In this document: in pieces, positions 50,781 through 58,100 of the stretch
How the letters are laid out: the number at the start of each line of letters is the position of its first letter
How positions within the stretch are numbered: position 1 is the stretch's first letter
Assembly (NCBI GenBank): GCA_034717975.1
Contig: JAYEMF010000012.1
Span: forward strand, 1-58,100
DNA length: 58,100 bases
DNA from: Campylobacterota bacterium
GTDB lineage: Bacteria > Campylobacterota > Campylobacteria > Campylobacterales > Sulfurimonadaceae
Direction of reading: 5' to 3'
Position numbers and translations under genes: made by a program
The notes under the pieces: model-generated
Told to the model about the DNA's origin: nothing
What the model saw: the letters and a program-made list of their open reading frames with translations, nothing else
Databases searched by the model: none

Positions 50781-51977
50781 TCAGTGCATAATATCTTTTG
50801 ACTCCAGGAGGGTGTTTGGCCCTTTCTCCTTGGCAGCGCTGAGCACTTCCCGTGCTTGCTCAACTACTTCATCGATGGTGCTTTTTCCAAGTTTTGGCAC
50901 AACACCGGCACTGAGGGTAAGTTGAATGCTCTCTCCGTTTGGAACTTTGAAACGTGCTTCATCAAAACTTCTCATGATATCTTGTGTCTCTTTAAGAACT
51001 TGTTCACGGGTATTACGGGAAAACACAACCGCAAACTGGCTGTAGTCGGTACGTGCGATAATATCTGTCGGCTGCTCATATACATGCAGGTTGAAAGCCG
51101 TTCTTTTTAGAACAGATTGTGTGAAGCTTTTTGGATACTGTTTATCGATTTCGCTAAAGTTATCGATCTCAAAGACACAGACAGCAACATAGGCACGATC
51201 TTTGGAGCCCTTTTTATTGGCATAAGCCTGCAGTAACCCTTTATAGTTGTTTATCTCAGTGATCGGATCGATCAGGGCAGGGTTGTCGCTGGTCTGAGGC
51301 TTTCTATTCATTCGCTTTGCGATGATCTCGATCTCATCGGTGATAATAGTATGTGGTTCAGCACCGGCCTCAACGATATAGAGTGACTCAATATCTTTCC
51401 GAATAGCAGAAAAATGTTTCAGATTGGTGAGGAAGATAAAGAAGAGTAAAAGCATGGCAAAGTAGATCAGACCTGATTGAATCTGAAACTTTTCATGATC
51501 ATAGGAGATATTGATCTCGATCATTCTGTTAATATGGGCCAGTATGTTCTCTCTGGCGGAGAGCATTTTTTCTTCACGTTCTTGAAGGTTTTTCTCATTC
51601 TCTTCATACCAGATTTCGGCACTGTCCGTAAATTCCAGGGCAAGAAGCTTCAACTGCTCTAAATCGTTGTTGTACGCCATTGATTGACCCAGCAGGTATT
51701 GCCCCATGATGTCATAGCTGTTGAGATTGAGCAGTCTCTCATGTTCATAATGCAGCATAGTGCTTTTACCACGGTACTGGATACTCGCGAACTCAAGATC
51801 TTCACGCCCAATATCGGTAATAAAATTGACAAGTTTTTTCTGGTTTTGAAGGGTCGCGATCTTCTCGAATGAAGTGTATTCTTCCACTACTGTTAGTGTT
51901 CCAAGGCCAAGAACAAGGAGTAGAAAAAGTGTTGTTTTTTTCCAGCTGGCAAAATAGTTTTTGATGGATGGACGCAT
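50781..51977 (-). CDS. Membrane protein with a degenerate GGDEF domain
   Basis: 2 TM; DPITEINN, FEIDNF, LTLSAGV; ARTDYSQF where RxGGDEF is expected. Confidence 0.8.
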   Translation of the reverse strand: MRPSIKNYFASWKKTTLFLLLVLGLGTLTVVEEYTSFEKIATLQNQKKLVNFITDIGREDLEFASIQYRGKSTMLHYEHERLLNLNSYDIMGQYLLGQSMAYNNDLEQLKLLALEFTDSAEIWYEENEKNLQEREEKMLSARENILAHINRMIEINISYDHEKFQIQSGLIYFAMLLLFFIFLTNLKHFSAIRKDIESLYIVEAGAEPHTIITDEIEIIAKRMNRKPQTSDNPALIDPITEINNYKGLLQAYANKKGSKDRAYVAVCVFEIDNFSEIDKQYPKSFTQSVLKRTAFNLHVYEQPTDIIARTDYSQFAVVFSRNTREQVLKETQDIMRSFDEARFKVPNGESIQLTLSAGVVPKLGKSTIDEVVEQAREVLSAAKEKGPNTLLESKDIMH

Positions 51978-52140
51978 TAAATTCCTTGCGAAACATAAAA
52001 TGTTGTAATTTGTTGTGTTATTTTAGGCAGGAACCGTTTAAAATGCCCTTAATCAGCGTGATTTTAAATTGATAGGCTATCATTGCGTCTATAATAGAAA
52101 CCAGGCTTTGAGCTTAGATCCATAGATAACGAGAGAGTAA

Positions 52141-52965
52141 GTGAACGCTGAAGATTATTTCATATCTTTATTTTCCAAATCAACAGCACTGATTGGTGAC
52201 GATGGCGCCATAACCGGTGCATTGGTCTACTCTAAAGATGCTTTTTTTGAAAATGTTCATTTTAAACGTGACTGGATGAGCCTTGAGCAGATCGCCTACC
52301 GGGCAATGATGGTCAATATTTCGGATGCTGTTGCAATGAATGCAAAGCCGTTGTATGCCTTGCTGGCTGTTGCAATGCCGAGCTCGTTTAAAAGTGTGCA
52401 GATGCGTCAGTTAAGTGCCGGTTTTCATCGGGCAGCTTTAGAATATGGCGTTGAGATTATTGGCGGAGATACGATTTCCAACTGTAAACTCGATATTACG
52501 GTGACGATTGTCTCAACTACTTCTAAACCACTGCGTAGACGAGGCTTGAAAGAGGGTGATCTATTGGCACATACCGGCAGGCTTGGCAGGTCAGGCAAGG
52601 AACTGCGCTATCTGTTGGCTGGCCGTCGGGTACATGCGAGTTCAAAGTTTATTTCCTTCTCATTGAGAGATACTTTTGTAGCCGATAGCACAGGGGCACT
52701 GACTTGCGGAATGGATATCTCCGACGGTCTTTTCAGTGATCTGCAAAAACTGAGTCGTGCCAATGGCCTCGGCTACCGGTTTTTTGAGTCGATAGCTAAA
52801 CGGGAAGGCTGCAGCGGTGAAGAGTATGAGATGCTGATCGGGTTTTCGCAGAGAAAACGTAAAAAAATGATCCGTTTGGCTCAAAAAAACCGTACACCGC
52901 TAACGATTTTCGCTCAAGCCAGACGAGGAAAGTTTACCAATCGCTGTAAAGCACATCATTTTTAG
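52141..52965 (+). CDS. thiL: Thiamine-monophosphate kinase
   Basis: IGDDGA, VNISDAVAMNA, IIGGDT, MDISDGL. Confidence 0.93.
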   Translation: MNAEDYFISLFSKSTALIGDDGAITGALVYSKDAFFENVHFKRDWMSLEQIAYRAMMVNISDAVAMNAKPLYALLAVAMPSSFKSVQMRQLSAGFHRAALEYGVEIIGGDTISNCKLDITVTIVSTTSKPLRRRGLKEGDLLAHTGRLGRSGKELRYLLAGRRVHASSKFISFSLRDTFVADSTGALTCGMDISDGLFSDLQKLSRANGLGYRFFESIAKREGCSGEEYEMLIGFSQRKRKKMIRLAQKNRTPLTIFAQARRGKFTNRCKAHHF

Positions 52966-52986
52966 AGCCATCCCTAAGGAAAAACA

Positions 52987-54078
52987 ATGGACAGATTTTA
53001 TTCACTTACCCATGCACCGATACCGTTTCACTTCAAGCAGGGTATACGTGACTTTGTAGTCAATGAAGTTCCGCTATACCCATTTACCGGGTTTGGCGAA
53101 CATCTTATCTTGCATGTTCGGAAGAAAGGTCTCTCGACATGGGATCTCATCTCACTTCTGGCAAATCATCTCGGCATCAAAGGCAGGGAGATCGGTTATG
53201 CCGGACTGAAAGATAAAAATGCGATGACTACGCAGTATATCTCTCTACATAAGAAGTATGAGCGCAAACTGGAGAGCTTTTCGCATAAAGATGTAAAAAT
53301 TCTAGATAAGACCTATCATAAAAATAAAATTCATATGGGGCATCTCAAAGGGAACCGATTCTTTATCCGTTTGAAAAAGGTTGATCCTGTTGCGGCCAAA
53401 AAGATTGATGAAGCCCTCCGTCAGATTTCTGCGTATGGGATGCCAAACTTTTTTGGCTACCAACGGTTTGGAATAGGTGGTGACAACTATAAAAAAGGTG
53501 AAGCGATCTTAAGAGGCAGACTTAAAGAGCGTAATGTCAAGCTGAAAAAACTCTATATCAATGCCTATCAGAGCCATATGTTCAACCTCTGGCTCAGCCG
53601 TCGGCTGGAGATCAATACGATGTTGTCAAACTTCAAGCCAAAAGAGCTTGCCTCGCTGCTAAATATGCCTGAAACGATGATCAAGAAGTTGCAAAACCAG
53701 GAGCAGCCGTTCAAACTGATCGAAGGCGATGTGATGATGCATTATCCGCATGGCAGACCTTTTGAATTTGATGGTGAACCTGAAGAGGTTGAGCGTTTTA
53801 TTGAGCGGGATGTTGTACCGACAGGACTGCTTCTCGGAAAGCGTTCAAAACGTGCCAGCGGTCATGCCAGAGTGATTGAAAAACAGTTCGATGAGCAGCA
53901 TGACTCGATTGATGGACTGCGCCGTTATGCCTGGATATTCCCTGAAGAGGTTGAAGGGGAGTATAAAGAGAATGAAGCGTGGTACGAGCTTCACTTCTCC
54001 CTGCCAAAGGGCACTTACGCCACTGTGTTGATCGAAGAGATCGCGAAACGCCCCATCAATATTTCAGAAGAGGATTAA
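52987..54078 (+). CDS. truD: tRNA pseudouridine(13) synthase
   Basis: YAGLKDKNAMTTQ, GNRFFIRL, NFFGYQRFG, LPKGTYAT. Confidence 0.95.
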   Translation: MDRFYSLTHAPIPFHFKQGIRDFVVNEVPLYPFTGFGEHLILHVRKKGLSTWDLISLLANHLGIKGREIGYAGLKDKNAMTTQYISLHKKYERKLESFSHKDVKILDKTYHKNKIHMGHLKGNRFFIRLKKVDPVAAKKIDEALRQISAYGMPNFFGYQRFGIGGDNYKKGEAILRGRLKERNVKLKKLYINAYQSHMFNLWLSRRLEINTMLSNFKPKELASLLNMPETMIKKLQNQEQPFKLIEGDVMMHYPHGRPFEFDGEPEEVERFIERDVVPTGLLLGKRSKRASGHARVIEKQFDEQHDSIDGLRRYAWIFPEEVEGEYKENEAWYELHFSLPKGTYATVLIEEIAKRPINISEED

Positions 54079-54085
54079 ATATTTC

Positions 54086-54904
54086 ATGAAAAAACATATT
54101 ACAAGTCTTATCTCACAACAATTTGGCAGGTTTGCTTCACACGAATTTTCTCCATGGTTTCAAAACATTGTCAACAGTGGCTATGTCAATATTATGGGAC
54201 TCGATATGAGCGAGTTCCATGCGCCTTCAACCTACAAAACACTCAATCAGCTCTTTACCCGTAAAATGCGGGAATCAAGAAAATTTTCACTCGATTCAGA
54301 TGATTTTATTTCTCCTTGTGATTCACTGATTACGCAATTTGGCGACCTTGATGACACGAAAGCACTTCAGATCAAGGGGATGTCCTACTGTGTCAACGAG
54401 CTCCTTGGAGATAAGATCGATGATGAGGCAAAGGAGCGGCTGCAGCACGGTCAGTTTGTCAATTTCTATCTCTCACCGAAAGATTATCACCGCTACCATA
54501 TCCCGACCAATATGAAAGTCCTGAAAGCCGTGCATATTCCGGGAAAACTCTATCCGGTCAATATGCCTTCGCTCAATAAGAGGGTTGACCTCTTCATAGA
54601 GAATGAGCGTGTTGTAGTGGAGTGTGAGACCCAGCAGGGAAAACTGCTCTATATGGTACTTGTCGGTGCGCTTAATGTCGGTAAGATGCAGGTGGGTTTC
54701 GAGCCGCGTATCAAGACCAATGCCGATGCATTTCATCCTCAAAGCTACAGCTATGATGAACTTTACCTTGATAAAGGGGATGATTTTGGCTGTTTTGAGA
54801 TGGGATCGACAATCGTCATCATTGCCGAAAAAGAGATGTTTCAGTTCGACGTTGAACTGAATGAGAAGGTAAGTTTCGGTCAGACGATCGCTAAACTTCG
54901 CTGA
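54086..54904 (+). CDS. psd: Phosphatidylserine decarboxylase
   Basis: SPCD, YLSPKDYHRYH, ENER, FEMGST. Confidence 0.95.
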   Translation: MKKHITSLISQQFGRFASHEFSPWFQNIVNSGYVNIMGLDMSEFHAPSTYKTLNQLFTRKMRESRKFSLDSDDFISPCDSLITQFGDLDDTKALQIKGMSYCVNELLGDKIDDEAKERLQHGQFVNFYLSPKDYHRYHIPTNMKVLKAVHIPGKLYPVNMPSLNKRVDLFIENERVVVECETQQGKLLYMVLVGALNVGKMQVGFEPRIKTNADAFHPQSYSYDELYLDKGDDFGCFEMGSTIVIIAEKEMFQFDVELNEKVSFGQTIAKLR

Positions 54905-55504
54905 TTATCGATTGATGACATCAAGCTTGAAGAGCAGCTTGCCATCTTCGACATAGATCTCTATCTTTGAGTCGATCGGAAATTTTTGACGTCTTAGCAC
55001 GCCCTGAGCAGAATGAAGGACATGGGAGAATTTTTGAAACATTGGTACGATAACATAATCGATATTTTCATTTTTTAACTGTTCCGCCAGCTGCTCGACA
55101 ACACAATAGTAGGCAGCCTTGTTTATAGTACGCTGGGTTATATAATCGCGCATTAACTCTATATTTTTCAGATATGCTTTTTTTTCATCTTCATGCAGTA
55201 TTGTATTTTTCTTAATACGCTCAATCGTATTGGCAATATACATTTTCGTCTCTTTCTCCACCTTGGCAATGGAGGTCGATATATTTGGGCAGTATTGTGT
55301 GACAAGGTCATTGATTTCATGGTTGCTGAGTCTCATGTTATCGGCACTATAGGTGTAGACTCTCTCCGGAAGATAATCATGTTGAAGTGCTTTGATCAAT
55401 TGTATTGCGATATTGAGATAGACGTATTTATCTTCTTTATTCATATCAAAATCAACGCCATTCTTAGTGATTTCCACTTTTGGACCGACATACTGAAGTT
55501 GCAT
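54905..55504 (-). CDS. Hypothetical protein
   Basis: 199-aa ORF with SD AAGGAG. Confidence 0.7.
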   Translation of the reverse strand: MQLQYVGPKVEITKNGVDFDMNKEDKYVYLNIAIQLIKALQHDYLPERVYTYSADNMRLSNHEINDLVTQYCPNISTSIAKVEKETKMYIANTIERIKKNTILHEDEKKAYLKNIELMRDYITQRTINKAAYYCVVEQLAEQLKNENIDYVIVPMFQKFSHVLHSAQGVLRRQKFPIDSKIEIYVEDGKLLFKLDVINR

Positions 55505-55608
55505 CTGGACTCCTTCACCAACGCATAAGATACCAAATTATAGCGTATTTTATTACAGATACAGCTACCCCATGCTAAGCTCTTGGATACTAATGAATCG
55601 GAGTAACA

Positions 55609-56442
55609 ATGTCTAAAGTTCTATTTGCTCTCTTATCTGTTCTCAACACTCTCTGCCTCTTCGCATTGCCGCAACAGGCACTTGTCCCGGGCGGAGTTGC
55701 AGTGATTGAGATCGATGATTACAAACCCGGAACCAAAATCAGTTTTAACGGTAAGAAAACGACGCTTTTTGAGGAAGATGGCAAATTTTATGCTTTGGCA
55801 GGGATATCACTGGGTAGTAAGCCCGGTTCCTACAAGATCAGTATTGCTGATCCTTCCGGTAAAAAAGCCAGTTCCTCGGTTAACGTTATTGAAAAAAAAT
55901 ATGAAGAGCAGCATCTGACAATCAAAAATAAGCGTAAAGTCAATCCAAACAGCGATGATATGGAGCGCATCGGCAGAGAGGGTGTCATAAAGAAAAAGGC
56001 AAAAAACCACTGGTCCGATATGCTGCCGGATGTCTCATTTGTCTGGCCAACAGAAGGCAGGATAAGCAGTGTATTCGGACTGCGACGTTTTTTCAACGAG
56101 CAGGAGCGGCGTCCGCATTCAGGGCTGGATATCGCCGCCCCTGAAGGCACACCGATCATAGCTTCTGCAGATGGGACGGTTCTTGAAACAGGGGATTTTT
56201 TCTTTAGCGGCAATATGATCTTCATTGATCATGGCCATGGGCTTGTCACGCTTTATGCGCATCTCTCCCGGATCGATGTCAAAGCCGGCCAAAAGGTGAA
56301 AAAAGGTGAGTTGATCGGTGCCGTAGGAGAGACAGGCCGTGTAACCGGTCCTCATCTTCATTTTTCTGTTCTGATAAACTCTGTGTCAGTTGAACCGACC
56401 TGTTTTTTACCAGAGCATCATTCGAAGATTGCAAAGCAGTAG
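55609..56442 (+). CDS. M23-family peptidoglycan metallopeptidase
   Basis: HSGLD, YAHL, TGPHLHF. Confidence 0.92.
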   Translation: MSKVLFALLSVLNTLCLFALPQQALVPGGVAVIEIDDYKPGTKISFNGKKTTLFEEDGKFYALAGISLGSKPGSYKISIADPSGKKASSSVNVIEKKYEEQHLTIKNKRKVNPNSDDMERIGREGVIKKKAKNHWSDMLPDVSFVWPTEGRISSVFGLRRFFNEQERRPHSGLDIAAPEGTPIIASADGTVLETGDFFFSGNMIFIDHGHGLVTLYAHLSRIDVKAGQKVKKGELIGAVGETGRVTGPHLHFSVLINSVSVEPTCFLPEHHSKIAKQ

Positions 56443-56472
56443 TTTGTTGTTAAGTAGAAAATACGAAGAGAT

Positions 56473-56712
56473 CTAAATGGTAAGTTCCAGGTTCTTTCTC
56501 AGAGTGCTGTAGTCCTCTATGGCGTCGGCCTTCTCACTGTATTCGAGTGTCATGTCAAGGCTTTCAAGTTTAACATTGATAGCGTATGTGTCAGGATCTA
56601 CAATCTCTTTTGTCATGTTGGCATTCCATCGACGTCCGCCTTTGACGGTTTTAATGGTGCTTAAAAAGTTGATGGCGCCATCTTTAATATAATCACCATT
56701 TTTTAAAAACAT
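56473..56712 (-). CDS. Small hypothetical protein
   Basis: 79-aa ORF with SD GGAG. Confidence 0.6.
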   Translation of the reverse strand: MFLKNGDYIKDGAINFLSTIKTVKGGRRWNANMTKEIVDPDTYAINVKLESLDMTLEYSEKADAIEDYSTLRKNLELTI

Positions 56713-56808
56713 TCAAGCACTCCACTCTTTTTTTGTGAGTATATCAGATAAAACATTCTATTACGTTTTATCTTGTTCGAAATGTGAGAAGTTAGAGATT
56801 AAATCTAA

Positions 56809-56822
56809 AGGGCACCTCTAAA
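56809..56822. repeat. Solo MITE TIR scar
   Basis: AGGGCACCTCTAAA equals the outer 14 bp of the TIR, downstream of ychF. Confidence 0.7.
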
Positions 56823-56848
56823 TGATTTCTGCTGCATGGTATCAGTAG

Positions 56849-57949
56849 TTATACATTAAACCTGAAGTGCATGACATCACCGTCTTGCACAATATACTCT
56901 TTTCCTTCCAAACGCATCTTACCGGCCTCTTTTGCCCCCTGTTCACCACTGCAGGCGATAAAGTCATCATAACCGATCACTTCGGCACGGATAAAGCCTT
57001 TCTCAAAGTCGTTGTGGATCACGGCGGCTGCTTTTGGTGCCGCTGTCTCTTTACGGATTGTCCAGGCGCGGACCTCCTTGACACCGGCTGTGAAGTAGCT
57101 CATCAGGCCAAGTTTGTCAAAACCTTTGTGGATGATCTGCTCAAGGCCGGACTCTTCAACACCGAGGTCTTTAAGAAATTCATCACGTTCATCATCGTCC
57201 AGACCAACGAGCTCCTCTTCGATCTTTGCACAAAGCTTGATCACTTCACAGTTGTTCGCCTCGGCATGGGCTATAAGCGTCGTGACATGTTCATTGTCTT
57301 CGAGCATACCGTCTTCATCGACATTGGCACCATACATGATCTCTTTTGAAGTCAGAAAACGGAGGTCACGGTCAAGCTCGGCAAAGATATCGGAATCAGC
57401 TTCCGGGTAGTTACGTGCCAGATTTCCATCTGCCAGGAACTCGGCAACACTTTCGGCAAACTCCATCATCACTTTGGCTTTTTTATCGGCTTTTGCCTGT
57501 TTCTTCAGGCGTTCAATTCTATTGGTTACCGCTTCAACATCGGCCAGGATCAGCTCTGTCTCGATGATCTCGATATCACGCATCGGATCGATATTTCCCT
57601 CTGTATGAACAACGTTTTCATCTTCAAAGCAGCGGACGATATGCAGGATCACTTCCGTTTCACGGATGTTGGAGAGAAACTTGTTGCCAAGACCTTCCCC
57701 TTTGCTCGCGCCTTTGACGAGGCCGGCAATATCGACAAAGTCGAGTGTCGAGTGCTGGATACGCTCCGGATTGACGATCTTCGCCAGTTCATCAAGACGA
57801 CTGTCCGGTACCGGTACGATCGCTTTGTTTGGCTCGATGGTACAGAAAGGGTAGTTGGCCGCCTCTGCATTTTGTGCTTTGGTAAGCGCATTGAAAGTAG
57901 TTGATTTTCCGACATTTGGCAGTCCGACAAGACCGATGGCTAAGCCCAT
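56849..57949 (-). CDS. ychF: Redox-regulated ATPase YchF
   Basis: [30 protein letters not shown]-terminal TGS domain. Confidence 0.97.
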   Translation of the reverse strand: MGLAIGLVGLPNVGKSTTFNALTKAQNAEAANYPFCTIEPNKAIVPVPDSRLDELAKIVNPERIQHSTLDFVDIAGLVKGASKGEGLGNKFLSNIRETEVILHIVRCFEDENVVHTEGNIDPMRDIEIIETELILADVEAVTNRIERLKKQAKADKKAKVMMEFAESVAEFLADGNLARNYPEADSDIFAELDRDLRFLTSKEIMYGANVDEDGMLEDNEHVTTLIAHAEANNCEVIKLCAKIEEELVGLDDDERDEFLKDLGVEESGLEQIIHKGFDKLGLMSYFTAGVKEVRAWTIRKETAAPKAAAVIHNDFEKGFIRAEVIGYDDFIACSGEQGAKEAGKMRLEGKEYIVQDGDVMHFRFNV

Positions 57950-57977
57950 AATTACTCCGATATATTGATGTTATTTT

Positions 57978-58100
57978 AGGGCACCTCTAAAAACCCTGGA
58001 TATCATCAGCGTTACATACATTTTCGTGATCAAGGCAGGTTCTTGTCAGCGTAGCAGGGCTACGGTGGCAAGGTTCTAACGCAGACTCACGGACATGTAT
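57978..58100. mobile_element. MITE-like element, left part, starting with a 32-bp TIR (57978-58009)
   Basis: AGGGCACCTCTAAAAACCCTGGATATCATCAG; the last 83 nt duplicate positions 1-83. Confidence 0.85.

Overview
Chromosomal segment of a Campylobacterota bacterium (Sulfurimonas/Sulfurovum-like, inferred from gene content and protein style). The first ~4.6 kb is an AT-rich integron. Its intI is cut after ~100 codons by a MITE-like element. An attI site at ~801 is followed by six ~70-bp attC sites that bound six cassettes: a RibD/DHFR-fold protein, a small membrane protein and four consecutive self-promoted type II toxin-antitoxin modules, one with a doubly frameshifted toxin. The rest is mostly housekeeping: hemH, an MlaA-MlaC-MMPL operon, porin plus modABC (modA has an ATA start), aas-like/dgkA, carboxy(nor)spermidine genes, htrA, two orphan histidine kinases, pdxJA, tgt, aroB-mscS-mtaB-ftsH-like-bioV-mog, frdCAB facing a type-E sdhABE, thiL-truD-psd and ychF. 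The first and last 83 bases are identical and lie inside the MITE. Joining the two ends rebuilds a 291-bp element with perfect 32-bp terminal inverted repeats (TIRs). Three solo TIR scars and a family of three covarying REP-like hairpin repeats occur in intergenic regions. All protein calls come from motif and family recognition, not database searches.
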